Below, piece by piece: positions 1 through 8,096 of a DNA stretch of 32,000 nt; position 1 is the stretch's first letter, and each line of letters starts with the position of its first letter. The DNA comes from Patescibacteria group bacterium (lineage in GTDB: Bacteria > Patescibacteriota > Patescibacteriia > 2-01-FULL-39-33). Below the pieces are notes generated by a model. It worked only from the letters and a program-made list of their open reading frames with translations, was not told the DNA's origin and ran no database searches. The DNA lies in the NCBI GenBank assembly GCA_041649575.1, contig JBAZMW010000002.1, positions 1-32,000 on the forward strand. Direction: 5' to 3'. Made by a program: the position numbers and the translations under genes.

Positions 1-2
1 GG

Positions 3-773
3 AATTATAGCCCCAAAACCATAAAGACTTATTTGTATTATAACAACGAATTGCTTAATTTCTGCAAGAAATGTCCCAGAGAAATTGATACTCAAGACAT
101 TAAGAATTATTTGGGTTACCTGTCGGACACCAAATCGGCCAGCACCTTATCTATCGCTTATAACGCCATCCAGTTTTATTATCGGGAAATTTGGAAGAGG
201 TCGTTTTTCTTGAATATTCACCAGCCCAAAAAACCAAAATATCTGCCTGCAGTCTTGTCCAAGGAGGAGGTCGATAAAATGCTTGGTTTGACCAAAAATC
301 CCAAACATCACAGTATTATTTCCTTGCTTTATGGCACGGGTATCAGAGTGGGGGAATTGGTTCGGATAAAGATGCGCGATGTCGATCTGGATCGCATGAT
401 GCTTAGGGTTTTTCAGGGTAAGGGCAAAAAGGATCGGCTGGCAATTTTGCCAGACAAATTAAGGAAAATTTTAAGTATTCAGATGAAATTAAAGGGCGGT
501 GATGAATATTTATTTACCAATGGCCGTGGCCAGCATTTAACCGAGGCGACTATCCAGAAAATTGTTGCCAATTCCGCCATGCTGGCTGGCATAAAAAAAG
601 CGGTCAGCCCGCATACTCTGCGCCATTCTTTTGCCACGCATTTGCTTGAAGATGGTGTTGATATTCGTTATATCCAGGAACTCTTGGGTCATGCCCGTCT
701 GCAGACCACTCAAATTTATACCCATGTTGCCAAAAGCCACCTAAGCGGCATCAGAAGTCCCTTGGACAGATGA
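3..773 (+). CDS. Tyrosine recombinase/integrase, XerC/XerD-like, 5'-truncated by window edge
   Basis: Catalytic-domain motifs 'GTGIRVGELVRIKMRDVDL' and 'HTLRHSFATHLLEDGVDIRYIQELLGHARLQTTQIYTHV' (R, HxxR, H, Y). The frame is open upstream of the TTG called at 33 and reads NYSPKTIKTYLYYNNELLNF, a typical Xer N-terminal core-binding start, so the gene begins before the window. Confidence 0.95.
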   Translation, partial: NYSPKTIKTYLYYNNELLNFCKKCPREIDTQDIKNYLGYLSDTKSASTLSIAYNAIQFYYREIWKRSFFLNIHQPKKPKYLPAVLSKEEVDKMLGLTKNPKHHSIISLLYGTGIRVGELVRIKMRDVDLDRMMLRVFQGKGKKDRLAILPDKLRKILSIQMKLKGGDEYLFTNGRGQHLTEATIQKIVANSAMLAGIKKAVSPHTLRHSFATHLLEDGVDIRYIQELLGHARLQTTQIYTHVAKSHLSGIRSPLDR

Positions 774-1064
774 TTTTTTGTCCTCCGGATCGGTTTCCAG
801 GGTTTTCGGGTTGGGGGAGTAGAGTTTGTTTTTTATTTTCCATTTATCCACATACTGCCCGATACCCTGTTTGTTCAGCTTATTTTTGATTTTGATCCGG
901 TCTTGCGACCATTTGAGCAGGCTTTCGAAGTTGATTTTATATACTCCGCGCACTACAATATAGAGCACCTCCTGGTTTTGGATGGCCCGGCGAATAGTTT
1001 TTTGGCTAAGGCCGAATAAATTAGCCGCCTGCGAAATAGTTAGGCGTATTGGAGTATTAGGCAT
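741..1064 (-). CDS. Small helix-turn-helix (excisionase/MerR-type) DNA-binding protein
   Basis: N-terminal 'RLTISQAANLFGLSQKTIRRAIQNQEVLYIVVRGVYKINFESLLKW' fits the HTH pattern of DNA-binding domain, excisionase family. 107 aa. Confidence 0.75.
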   Translation of the reverse strand: MPNTPIRLTISQAANLFGLSQKTIRRAIQNQEVLYIVVRGVYKINFESLLKWSQDRIKIKNKLNKQGIGQYVDKWKIKNKLYSPNPKTLETDPEDKKSSVQGTSDAA

Positions 1065-1107
1065 AGATTGTTTTTTTTTACTCTCAATCCTTAAAATTTT
1101 CTACTTA

Positions 1108-1127
1108 TGTCTAGACATGTCTGGACA
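1108..1127. promoter_or_regulatory. Candidate operator: 20-bp near-perfect palindrome made of two tandem 10-mers
   Basis: TGTCTAGACA|TGTCTGGACA; 18/20 positions match its own reverse complement; lies immediately downstream of a candidate minus-strand -10 for the HTH gene. Confidence 0.6.
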
Positions 1128-1128
1128 A

Positions 1129-1158
1129 ATCTTATCATTTTTGCTAGTATGGTGTCAA
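1129..1158 (-). promoter_or_regulatory. Candidate sigma70-type promoter of the HTH gene
   Basis: On the minus strand: TTGACA (1158-1153), 18-nt spacer, TAAGAT (1134-1129). Confidence 0.55.
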
Positions 1159-1210
1159 TGTTTCTGGCTTTTTACTCAGCTTAACGCTGGTGGCTATTGG
1201 TTATAAAACC

Positions 1211-1240
1211 TTGCCAAAAATAGCATTTTTATACTATAAT
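1211..1240 (+). promoter_or_regulatory. Candidate sigma70-type promoter of the sigma-factor gene
   Basis: TTGCCA (1211-1216), 18-nt spacer, TATAAT (1235-1240), about 55 nt upstream of the ATG at 1296. Confidence 0.6.
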
Positions 1241-1295
1241 TAAGATTGTCTGAATTATTTAGTGTAACAAATAGCCTTTTTTTTCGTCTTAATAA

Positions 1296-1850
1296 ATGAA
1301 CAATCCTTTGTCAAAAAGAATCCTTTTTCTGCAAGTGAAAGATCAGGATTCAGAGGCCTATGGCAAGTTTTATGATTTGTATGTAGAACGGATTTACCGT
1401 TTTGTTTTTTTTAAGGTAAATTCCGTTTCCGACGCCCAGGATTTGACTTCGGAAGTTTTTTTGAAAGTCTGGCAGTATCTGAAAGAAGGCAAGGAAATTA
1501 AAAATTTAAACGCTTTCATTTATTTGATTGCCCGAAACAGCGTGATTGATTTTTACCGGCAGAGAAACCGCCAGGCGGAAACGCTGGCCGAAACCGGCCA
1601 GTTGCCGGAAGTGCCCGATGAAACACAAGACTTGCTCAAGCGGCAAATCGTTGGTTCGGATCTGGAAAACGTCTTGCAGGGTTTAAACGGCCTGAAAGAC
1701 GAATACAAAGAAATAATCATTTTGAGATTTTTGGACGAATTGTCCATTGCCGAAATCGCCGAGATTTTGGATAAATCGAAGGGGTCGGTCAGGGTGCTGT
1801 TGCATCGGGCGCTGACGGCTCTGAAGAACAACGTCAAGGAACATCATTAA
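1296..1850 (+). CDS. RNA polymerase sigma factor, sigma-70 family, ECF type
   Basis: Region 2-like 'FYDLYVERIYRFVFFKVNSVSDAQDLTSEVFLKVWQYL...NLNAFIYLIARNSVIDFYRQR' and region 4-like 'YKEIIILRFLDELSIAEIAEILDKSKGSVRVLLHRALTALK'. Confidence 0.92.
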   Translation: MNNPLSKRILFLQVKDQDSEAYGKFYDLYVERIYRFVFFKVNSVSDAQDLTSEVFLKVWQYLKEGKEIKNLNAFIYLIARNSVIDFYRQRNRQAETLAETGQLPEVPDETQDLLKRQIVGSDLENVLQGLNGLKDEYKEIIILRFLDELSIAEIAEILDKSKGSVRVLLHRALTALKNNVKEHH

Positions 1851-1856
1851 ACCGCA

Positions 1857-3086
1857 ATGACAAACAAAGAATTAATCAAAGGTTTGCAGGAGCTTAAAAA
1901 GCTTGAGGTCGGTGGCCGGCCGCAGGCTGGTTGGGTTTTGTCCAGCCGTCAGATTCTCATGAGCCAATTGAATCCAAAAGCGACGGTTAGCGACGAAGCC
2001 AAGAATCAATCCTTTTATTACTGGCGTTATTTTAGCGGCACTTTCCGGCAAAGAGTCTTTCAGCCGGTGGGCGCTTTTTTGTTAATTATTTTTGCCCTGC
2101 TCACTTACAATGCCACTGTCAGCGTAGCCAGCGCCAGCCTGCCTGGCGATATGCTTTACCCGATTAAGACCGCCGGCGAAAAAGTTCAGTTAGCCCTGAC
2201 CTTTAACGACGAGAGCAAGGTCAAACTGCAGATGAATTTTGTTTCCCGGCGCGCCGATGAAATGCAGTTGATTGCCATCCAGGAAAATGATAATAATAGG
2301 AAGAGCAAAAAAATCGTTCAAACCGCCAAAAAAATTACCCAAGACAACAAATCATTGAAAGACAGTTTGGGCAAAATAAGCATGGCGGCCAACAAGCCGG
2401 CAGTGCTCGAGGTGGCCAAAGAGGTTGATATTAAAAGCCTAGAGATAAAGCAGAATATTGCCACAGTGCAGAATTCCTTGCCCGAAGCGGTAAAAAGCGA
2501 GGTCAAAGATGAGGTAAAGGAAGCCATTGTCACCACCGAAGCCGTCGGTACCAGCGCCCTGGGAGTGATAGTCGATAATTACAAAACCGGCCGGGCCAAT
2601 ATTTCCGGCCAGGAAGTCGCTTCTCGCGTGGCCGAAAGAATAAAGAGCACGGAAGACGACATCAAATCGGCCAGTAACGAAGTGAACGACGTCATCTCCG
2701 TTGTGTCGGGAACGGCTCCTTCTGTCATTTCCACCTCCACCAGCGCCATCAAGCTGGTCGATGTGGCTGGCAGTAGCACCACCTCCACTCTGCAAAACAT
2801 TGTTCAAAAGCCGCAGCAGGCCAAAGAGATCATCGAAGAAGCCAAGAATCTTCTGGGGCAAAAAGACTTCAGCTCGGCCCTGGAAAAAATTCAGCAAAGC
2901 AAGGATATCGTCGTTAATGTAGTTTCCAACGCTCAAAACATTGTTAATGAAATAAAAGAAGTGCAGTCGATAAATACCAGCACCGAGAATTTGCTTCTTA
3001 TCAATAGCAATAAAACCGGCTCCCAGCCTACCACCACCAGCTTGACGACCGGAGAGTCGACCAAAGAGATTTTGATTAAAAGGTGA
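1857..3086 (+). CDS. DUF5667-like single-pass membrane protein paired with the sigma factor
   Basis: TM segment 'PVGAFLLIIFALLTYNATVSVASA' followed by 'SLPGDMLYPIKTAGEKVQLALTFNDESKVKLQMNFVSRRADEM', which fits the DUF5667 pattern. Starts 7 nt after the sigma gene. Confidence 0.75.
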   Translation: MTNKELIKGLQELKKLEVGGRPQAGWVLSSRQILMSQLNPKATVSDEAKNQSFYYWRYFSGTFRQRVFQPVGAFLLIIFALLTYNATVSVASASLPGDMLYPIKTAGEKVQLALTFNDESKVKLQMNFVSRRADEMQLIAIQENDNNRKSKKIVQTAKKITQDNKSLKDSLGKISMAANKPAVLEVAKEVDIKSLEIKQNIATVQNSLPEAVKSEVKDEVKEAIVTTEAVGTSALGVIVDNYKTGRANISGQEVASRVAERIKSTEDDIKSASNEVNDVISVVSGTAPSVISTSTSAIKLVDVAGSSTTSTLQNIVQKPQQAKEIIEEAKNLLGQKDFSSALEKIQQSKDIVVNVVSNAQNIVNEIKEVQSINTSTENLLLINSNKTGSQPTTTSLTTGESTKEILIKR

Positions 3087-3147
3087 TTATAGAGATTAGT
3101 TATTTAGATAACGATTAGTTATTAATATAACTAATTAAGGGTTCGTT

Positions 3148-3295
3148 AAATTTTGGGAGGAATAGAGCGCAGGTTCCCGCCAGTTAATAAGTAAAGGCCG
3201 AACTGATTTTCAGGGCTTATTGGTTGGTCCGGGTCTCGAGAAAATCCTTTTGTAATCAAAAGGATCTACAATCTGTCAGCTTTACCCAAAAATTT
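3148..3295 (+). promoter_or_regulatory. Candidate structured 5' leader RNA of the giant surface-protein gene
   Basis: Closing stem AAATTTTGGG (3148-3157) / CCCAAAAATTT (3285-3295, one bulged A); CCAGTTAATAAG (3180-3191) / CTTATTGGTTGG (3216-3227) pairs over 12 bp with G-U wobbles, preceded by CCCG (3176-3179) / CGGG (3230-3233); perfect hairpin ATCCTTTTG-TAAT-CAAAAGGAT (3244-3265). Confidence 0.45.
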
Positions 3296-3332
3296 GGCGG
3301 GCTCATTAATAAATAAAAAAAATAAAGGTTCT

Positions 3333-6300
3333 ATGAAAAAATTATTAACCTATGTTGTAGTGGTCGCTACTATTGCTTGGTCGTTGGGTTTGGCATCTGT
3401 AGTCCCTATGGCTTCAGCTGCCTATGCCCCGACTGCCGGCGATAAGGTTAAAGTATCAAGCAGCTCGGCGGTTTATTATGTTGATGCCGACAGCAAAAAG
3501 CATCTTTTCTCCACCCAGAGCACTTTTGAGTCTTGGTATGGCCTGGTTTCTTCCAGCAGCTCTTATTGGTCACAGCAAGGCATCAAAACTATCACTCAGG
3601 AGGAGTTGGATGCTCTTTCCAATGGCAGCAATGTCAATATCCGTCAGGGTAGCTTGATTAAGTTTTCTGACAGCGCCGCTGTTTATGCGGTGTCCACTGG
3701 CAGCAAACTTTACACCGTCAAAAACGGTGACGCCGCCACTACTTTATTCGGTAGCAATTGGAGCACCAAGTTGCTAAAAGTAGTCAACAGCTTCCGCGCC
3801 GGTTATTATGATAACGGCAACGCGGTCGGCGAGTTGACTGCTTCTTCCAAATTGCCCGATGGTTTCTTGGTTAAGTATTCCGGCAGCGATGATACTGTTT
3901 ATTATCTAAGAGATGGCAAAAAGGATCCGTTAACCGATGACGCCTTTGTGGCCAACAAGCTCAAGGATAATTGGGTCATTACGGTTCCGTCTTCCATCAC
4001 TTATGATAACGGTTCATCGGTCACCGGCGCTGATGCCGAATTGACCACTGTGGCGGGCCCCGGTTCTGTTGTTCCGCCTTCATCAGGCTCTTCGCTGAGC
4101 GTTGCTTTGGCGTCAGATACGCCAGCAGCTGGCTTGGCGATTTATAGCGCTATTCGCGTCCCGTTCACCACGGTTGCGATGACAGCTTCGTCTGATGGTG
4201 ACATCACAGTCGACAGTTTGACTGTTGAGAGAAAAGGCGCTTCAGCCGATGCCAACTTTGCTTCAGTTGCCATTATCGATGCTGATACCAACGTCCAAAT
4301 TGGCGTCAATCAGAATTTGAATGCCAGTTCCAAGGCTGTTTTCAGCAATGATTTCGTGATCAAGGCTGGTACCACCAGAAAGATCCTGCTGGCCGGTAAT
4401 ATGAACGCGGCTGGCGCGGGCCAGGTTCCGGCTTTAGCTTTGTCAGAATTGGTTTTATCTGGCAGCGCGACGGTTGTCGGTTCTTTGCCGATCACTGGCA
4501 ACATCCAGACCATGACTTCTTTGACGATTGGTATTCCGACCGTCCAAAGAGGCAGCTATATGACCTCTACCTCCACCGATGTTAAGGTTGGTTCTCCCGC
4601 TTATATTGTCGGCGCTTTCAAGATCAGCGCTGATTCGACCGAAGGCCAGAGAGTCAAGCAGATTAAGTTCTACAATAGCGGTACTGCCGCCTTCGATTCC
4701 GATATTGGCAACTACAAATTATTGATTGACAACAGCACTCCGGTGACCGCCACCTTTACCAAAGATGGCAAATACTTGACTGCTGATTTCACCAATAATT
4801 CCGTCTTGATTGAAAAAGGCAAGAATAAGGAATTTGTCTTGAAAGCCGATATCCTGGACGGTTCGACCAGAACCATCAAGATTTCTATTTATCGCACTAC
4901 CGATGTCTTGGCTTCTGGCGACACCTTTGGTTATATGTACACTCCGGTTTATTCTGGTACTTCCAACAGCACCAGCAACCCGGTTTTGACCAATGACCAG
5001 TTGACAATTTCCACCGGCACCTTAAGAATTGAGTCAAGCTCTTCGGTTGAGGCTCAAGACATTTCTTATGGTGACAGTCAAGAATTGGGCGCTTTCAACC
5101 TGGTAGTGGCCGGCGAGCCGGTTTCCATTACCGCCTTGACTTTGGATGTCAGCTCCACTACCGCTGGCACCACCCAATTCACCAATTGGAAATTGGTTGA
5201 CAAAGACGGCAAGACCCTCTGGGGTCCGAATGATCCGGCTTCCGGCACCGTGGCTTATACTTCCAGCGTGCAGTTGCCGATTGGCAGCAATTTAGTCAAA
5301 GTGATTGCCGATGTGGAGAGCACCGGCGGTTGGGCCAACAACGAGACCTTCTACTTCAAGATCACTGGCTCAAACATTACCGCCACTGGCGTTACCACTA
5401 ACGACACTGTCACCGCTTCTCCGACTGGCGCGGTTAATGCCAACACCCAGACCTTCAAGCCGGCCAAATTGACCATCACGGCCAATTCTTTGCCGGTCGA
5501 TGGCACAGCCACTTTAGGAGCCAAGAAGTTCCTCTATGGTTCTTGGGCGTTGAGCACTTCTGGTTCTGGCGAAAACATTAAGGTTAGCGCTATCACTTTC
5601 GCCAACCAGGCCGCTACTACCACCAATTTGGACAGCGTCACTTTGTACGACGTCACCAACAAGACCAATTGCACCACCAAGTATCCGAACGCGACTTTGG
5701 ATAGCTATGGCTGTTTACTGATGGTTAAGGATGGTTATAGCAACACCACCACCTGGACATTGACCGATCCGATCATTGTCACTAAAAATACCAACCTTAC
5801 CCTTGAGCTGCGGGCCGATGTCAGAACGACCGCGGCGACCTATCAGGGGCACAAGGATGAGTTTGTGATTAGAAATGACGGTACTACTGCTCCGGTGACG
5901 GCGGTTGGCACAGTGACCAACAACACCGTGACCCCGACCGGCAGCGGCTACAATGCGACTGACGGCGCGGATATCACAATTGGCGGCGCTGGCACGATTA
6001 CTATCAATACCAGCGTTTCCCAGCCGGCCTCCAAGCTGTTAGCCGAGGGCCAGACCTATGAAGTCGGCCGTCTGAAATTAACCGCCACCAACGAGGCGAT
6101 TAAAGTCAGCGACTTGAACATTTGTGTAGGCACTGGTTCTGTGACCGGCGCTGGCGATGGCGACAAAGGCGATATTTCCAACATCAAGGTGTATAAGTCC
6201 ACTGACATGACCACGCCGCTCATTGACAGCGCTATTAACGCGGTTTGTGAGTCATTCAGCTTGGCTCAAGGCGCTTTGGAAGTGCCGGTTGGCTCTTCCG

Positions 6301-7169
6301 GTGTCGAATTGGTGATAAAAGCCACCACGGCCAAGGTTGACAACTCTGTCATTGATGAGTCGGGACTGGCTAATGCCAACTTTAAGCTCGGCATCGGCGG
6401 TACTGACGGCATTGCTGGCAAGGGCGTCAATTCCGGCTTATCCGCCAGCGAGACCTATACCGCTGGTTCCAGCTCGGCCATGATTCTTCATAGGAGCTAT
6501 CCGACGGTGACCATCACCACCCCGACCAACAAGTTGGTTTCCGGCGCGGTTTTGTATGACTTCACAGTCAACAACCCGACCAGCGAACCAGTCGCCATTT
6601 ATAAGGTTGGTTTCTATACCTCCACTTCTTCTGGCGATATCATGGTGACCAAGGGTGGTTTGGATGCTAAGTTACCTGATTGGAGCGCTTTCAAGAAGAT
6701 TGCTGACGATATCTCCACCACCACGGTTTTCTATGAAGGTGGCGATACCAATGGCCAGTATTGGAGCTTTATCCTCTGGAACCAAGATTCCACCTCTGAA
6801 ACTCAGAAGGAATTAAGGATTCCGGCCGGTTCCAATGCTCGCTTCCAGTTTATTGGCCGCACTGTTTCCGGTGTCGATGGCACGGCTGGTGAGAGTTTAC
6901 AAGTGTCTTTACTAGGCGATCCGGTTGCCACTTCTTCCACCGAGCTCACCGGCTCTCTAGCGTTAAACTTCAACCGTTTAACCGCCGATTTTGCCTTAGA
7001 TGCTGCGAAGCAGGCTGATCTGTGCCAGAACAACAACAAAGGCAACTTTGTCTGGTCAGATCTCTGGAGCAATGACGGCACCCAAGCGACTAATACCGCG
7101 CAATGGTACAACGGTTACTTGGTCGATGGTTTGTCCGGCACCTCCTCCGTGGTAAGCATTCTTGAGTAA
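3333..7169 (+). CDS. Very large secreted/S-layer-like surface protein with repeated beta-sandwich-type segments
   Basis: ATG at 3333 followed by a signal peptide (MKKLLTYVVVVATIAWSLGLASVVPMASAA); Ser/Thr/Gly-rich; N-terminal 'GDKVKVSSSSAVYYVDADSKKHLFSTQSTFESW' modules; multiple related repeats; C-terminal 'GNFVWSDLWSNDG...QWYNGYLVDGLSG'. The ORF track start at 3294 is a TTG and less likely. Confidence 0.8.
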   Translation: MKKLLTYVVVVATIAWSLGLASVVPMASAAYAPTAGDKVKVSSSSAVYYVDADSKKHLFSTQSTFESWYGLVSSSSSYWSQQGIKTITQEELDALSNGSNVNIRQGSLIKFSDSAAVYAVSTGSKLYTVKNGDAATTLFGSNWSTKLLKVVNSFRAGYYDNGNAVGELTASSKLPDGFLVKYSGSDDTVYYLRDGKKDPLTDDAFVANKLKDNWVITVPSSITYDNGSSVTGADAELTTVAGPGSVVPPSSGSSLSVALASDTPAAGLAIYSAIRVPFTTVAMTASSDGDITVDSLTVERKGASADANFASVAIIDADTNVQIGVNQNLNASSKAVFSNDFVIKAGTTRKILLAGNMNAAGAGQVPALALSELVLSGSATVVGSLPITGNIQTMTSLTIGIPTVQRGSYMTSTSTDVKVGSPAYIVGAFKISADSTEGQRVKQIKFYNSGTAAFDSDIGNYKLLIDNSTPVTATFTKDGKYLTADFTNNSVLIEKGKNKEFVLKADILDGSTRTIKISIYRTTDVLASGDTFGYMYTPVYSGTSNSTSNPVLTNDQLTISTGTLRIESSSSVEAQDISYGDSQELGAFNLVVAGEPVSITALTLDVSSTTAGTTQFTNWKLVDKDGKTLWGPNDPASGTVAYTSSVQLPIGSNLVKVIADVESTGGWANNETFYFKITGSNITATGVTTNDTVTASPTGAVNANTQTFKPAKLTITANSLPVDGTATLGAKKFLYGSWALSTSGSGENIKVSAITFANQAATTTNLDSVTLYDVTNKTNCTTKYPNATLDSYGCLLMVKDGYSNTTTWTLTDPIIVTKNTNLTLELRADVRTTAATYQGHKDEFVIRNDGTTAPVTAVGTVTNNTVTPTGSGYNATDGADITIGGAGTITINTSVSQPASKLLAEGQTYEVGRLKLTATNEAIKVSDLNICVGTGSVTGAGDGDKGDISNIKVYKSTDMTTPLIDSAINAVCESFSLAQGALEVPVGSSGVELVIKATTAKVDNSVIDESGLANANFKLGIGGTDGIAGKGVNSGLSASETYTAGSSSAMILHRSYPTVTITTPTNKLVSGAVLYDFTVNNPTSEPVAIYKVGFYTSTSSGDIMVTKGGLDAKLPDWSAFKKIADDISTTTVFYEGGDTNGQYWSFILWNQDSTSETQKELRIPAGSNARFQFIGRTVSGVDGTAGESLQVSLLGDPVATSSTELTGSLALNFNRLTADFALDAAKQADLCQNNNKGNFVWSDLWSNDGTQATNTAQWYNGYLVDGLSGTSSVVSILE

Positions 7170-7204
7170 TTGGTTCAATTTAAGTTATTGTTGAAATAGA
7201 AAAT

Positions 7205-7233
7205 CCCGCCCGCTCAAAATTTGAGCGGGCGGG
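7205..7233 (+). terminator. Intrinsic terminator-like hairpin
   Basis: CCCGCCCGCTCAAA-A-TTTGAGCGGGCGGG (13-14 bp stem), followed by gTTGATTTTT. Confidence 0.8.
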
Positions 7234-7241
7234 GTTGATTT

Positions 7242-7269
7242 TTGCCTGGTTTTTTGCTATAAATATAAT
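7242..7269 (+). promoter_or_regulatory. Candidate sigma70-type promoter for the TPR gene
   Basis: TTGCCT (7242-7247), 16-nt spacer, TATAAT (7264-7269), 47 nt upstream of the ATG at 7317. Confidence 0.5.
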
Positions 7270-7316
7270 GTCTTTTTTCAATATTATTTTATCGAACAAA
7301 ATTAATTTATAGCCCT

Positions 7317-8054
7317 ATGAAACAAGAAGAAAAAAAAATAATCATCTGGTTGGTCGTTATTATCGTTGCTATTGTTCTGGTGGCGGCCGGTTATTTTTTA
7401 ATAAAAAACAGGAATAATTTGTTCAAGCAACCGGCTCCAGTCAGTGCCGAGTTTAGTATTTACGGGCCGATTGATTATGCCAAGTACGAAAAAATTGGTT
7501 TAAAAAAAGAAAAAGTGGATATTTTGTTTGGGAAAATGAAAGAAACGACTGAAGCGCTGAAGATAAAGCCCAACGATTATGATTATTTAATCCAGCTCGG
7601 CGGTTTTGAAAAGATCTTAAAAGAGTATGATGCCGCCCTAAAGACTTACAGCCAGGCCATCTCGGCTTTTCCCGATTACGGCGTGGCTTATGCCGAAACA
7701 GCGGATATTTATATTTACCCTTTGGGCCGGTACAACGAAGCCGAGGATTATCTCAAGAAAGCGATAGAGAGAATGCCTTATCGCAGCGATTATTATCGTT
7801 GGCTGGCGGATTTGTATATTGCCAAGTTCCCTCAAAAGAAAGCGGAGATCGAGCCGTTGATGCTTCGCGGCGCCAAGGAAACTCCCTCCAACGCCCTGTC
7901 TTTTTATAGTTATCTGGTGGTTTATTTTCAGCGGGAAGGCGATTTCAATAAAGCGATTACTTATACCAATAAATGCGTTCAAATCGCTCCCGAGGCCGAG
8001 AGAGCCAATTTCCGGCAGACTCTGGGCGAGCTCCAGGCTGAACTGAAAAAGTAA
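7317..8054 (+). CDS. TPR-repeat protein with N-terminal membrane anchor
   Basis: TM 'IIIWLVVIIVAIVLVAAGYFLI' then TPR-like units, e.g. 'YNEAEDYLKKAIERMPYRSDYYRWLADLYI' and 'DFNKAITYTNKCVQIAPEAERANFRQTLGEL'. Confidence 0.8.
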   Translation: MKQEEKKIIIWLVVIIVAIVLVAAGYFLIKNRNNLFKQPAPVSAEFSIYGPIDYAKYEKIGLKKEKVDILFGKMKETTEALKIKPNDYDYLIQLGGFEKILKEYDAALKTYSQAISAFPDYGVAYAETADIYIYPLGRYNEAEDYLKKAIERMPYRSDYYRWLADLYIAKFPQKKAEIEPLMLRGAKETPSNALSFYSYLVVYFQREGDFNKAITYTNKCVQIAPEAERANFRQTLGELQAELKK

Positions 8055-8096
8055 AAATACTTAGATACCGCAATCTGGTAATATTTTTTTACTTTT

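Noticed and set aside
2439-2936. 165-aa minus-strand ORF opposite the DUF5667-like gene
   Set aside because: Shadow ORF antisense to a convincing gene, low-complexity translation, no recognisable domain.
7638-7982. 114-aa minus-strand ORF opposite the TPR gene
   Set aside because: Antisense to a clear TPR-coding frame with no independent support.
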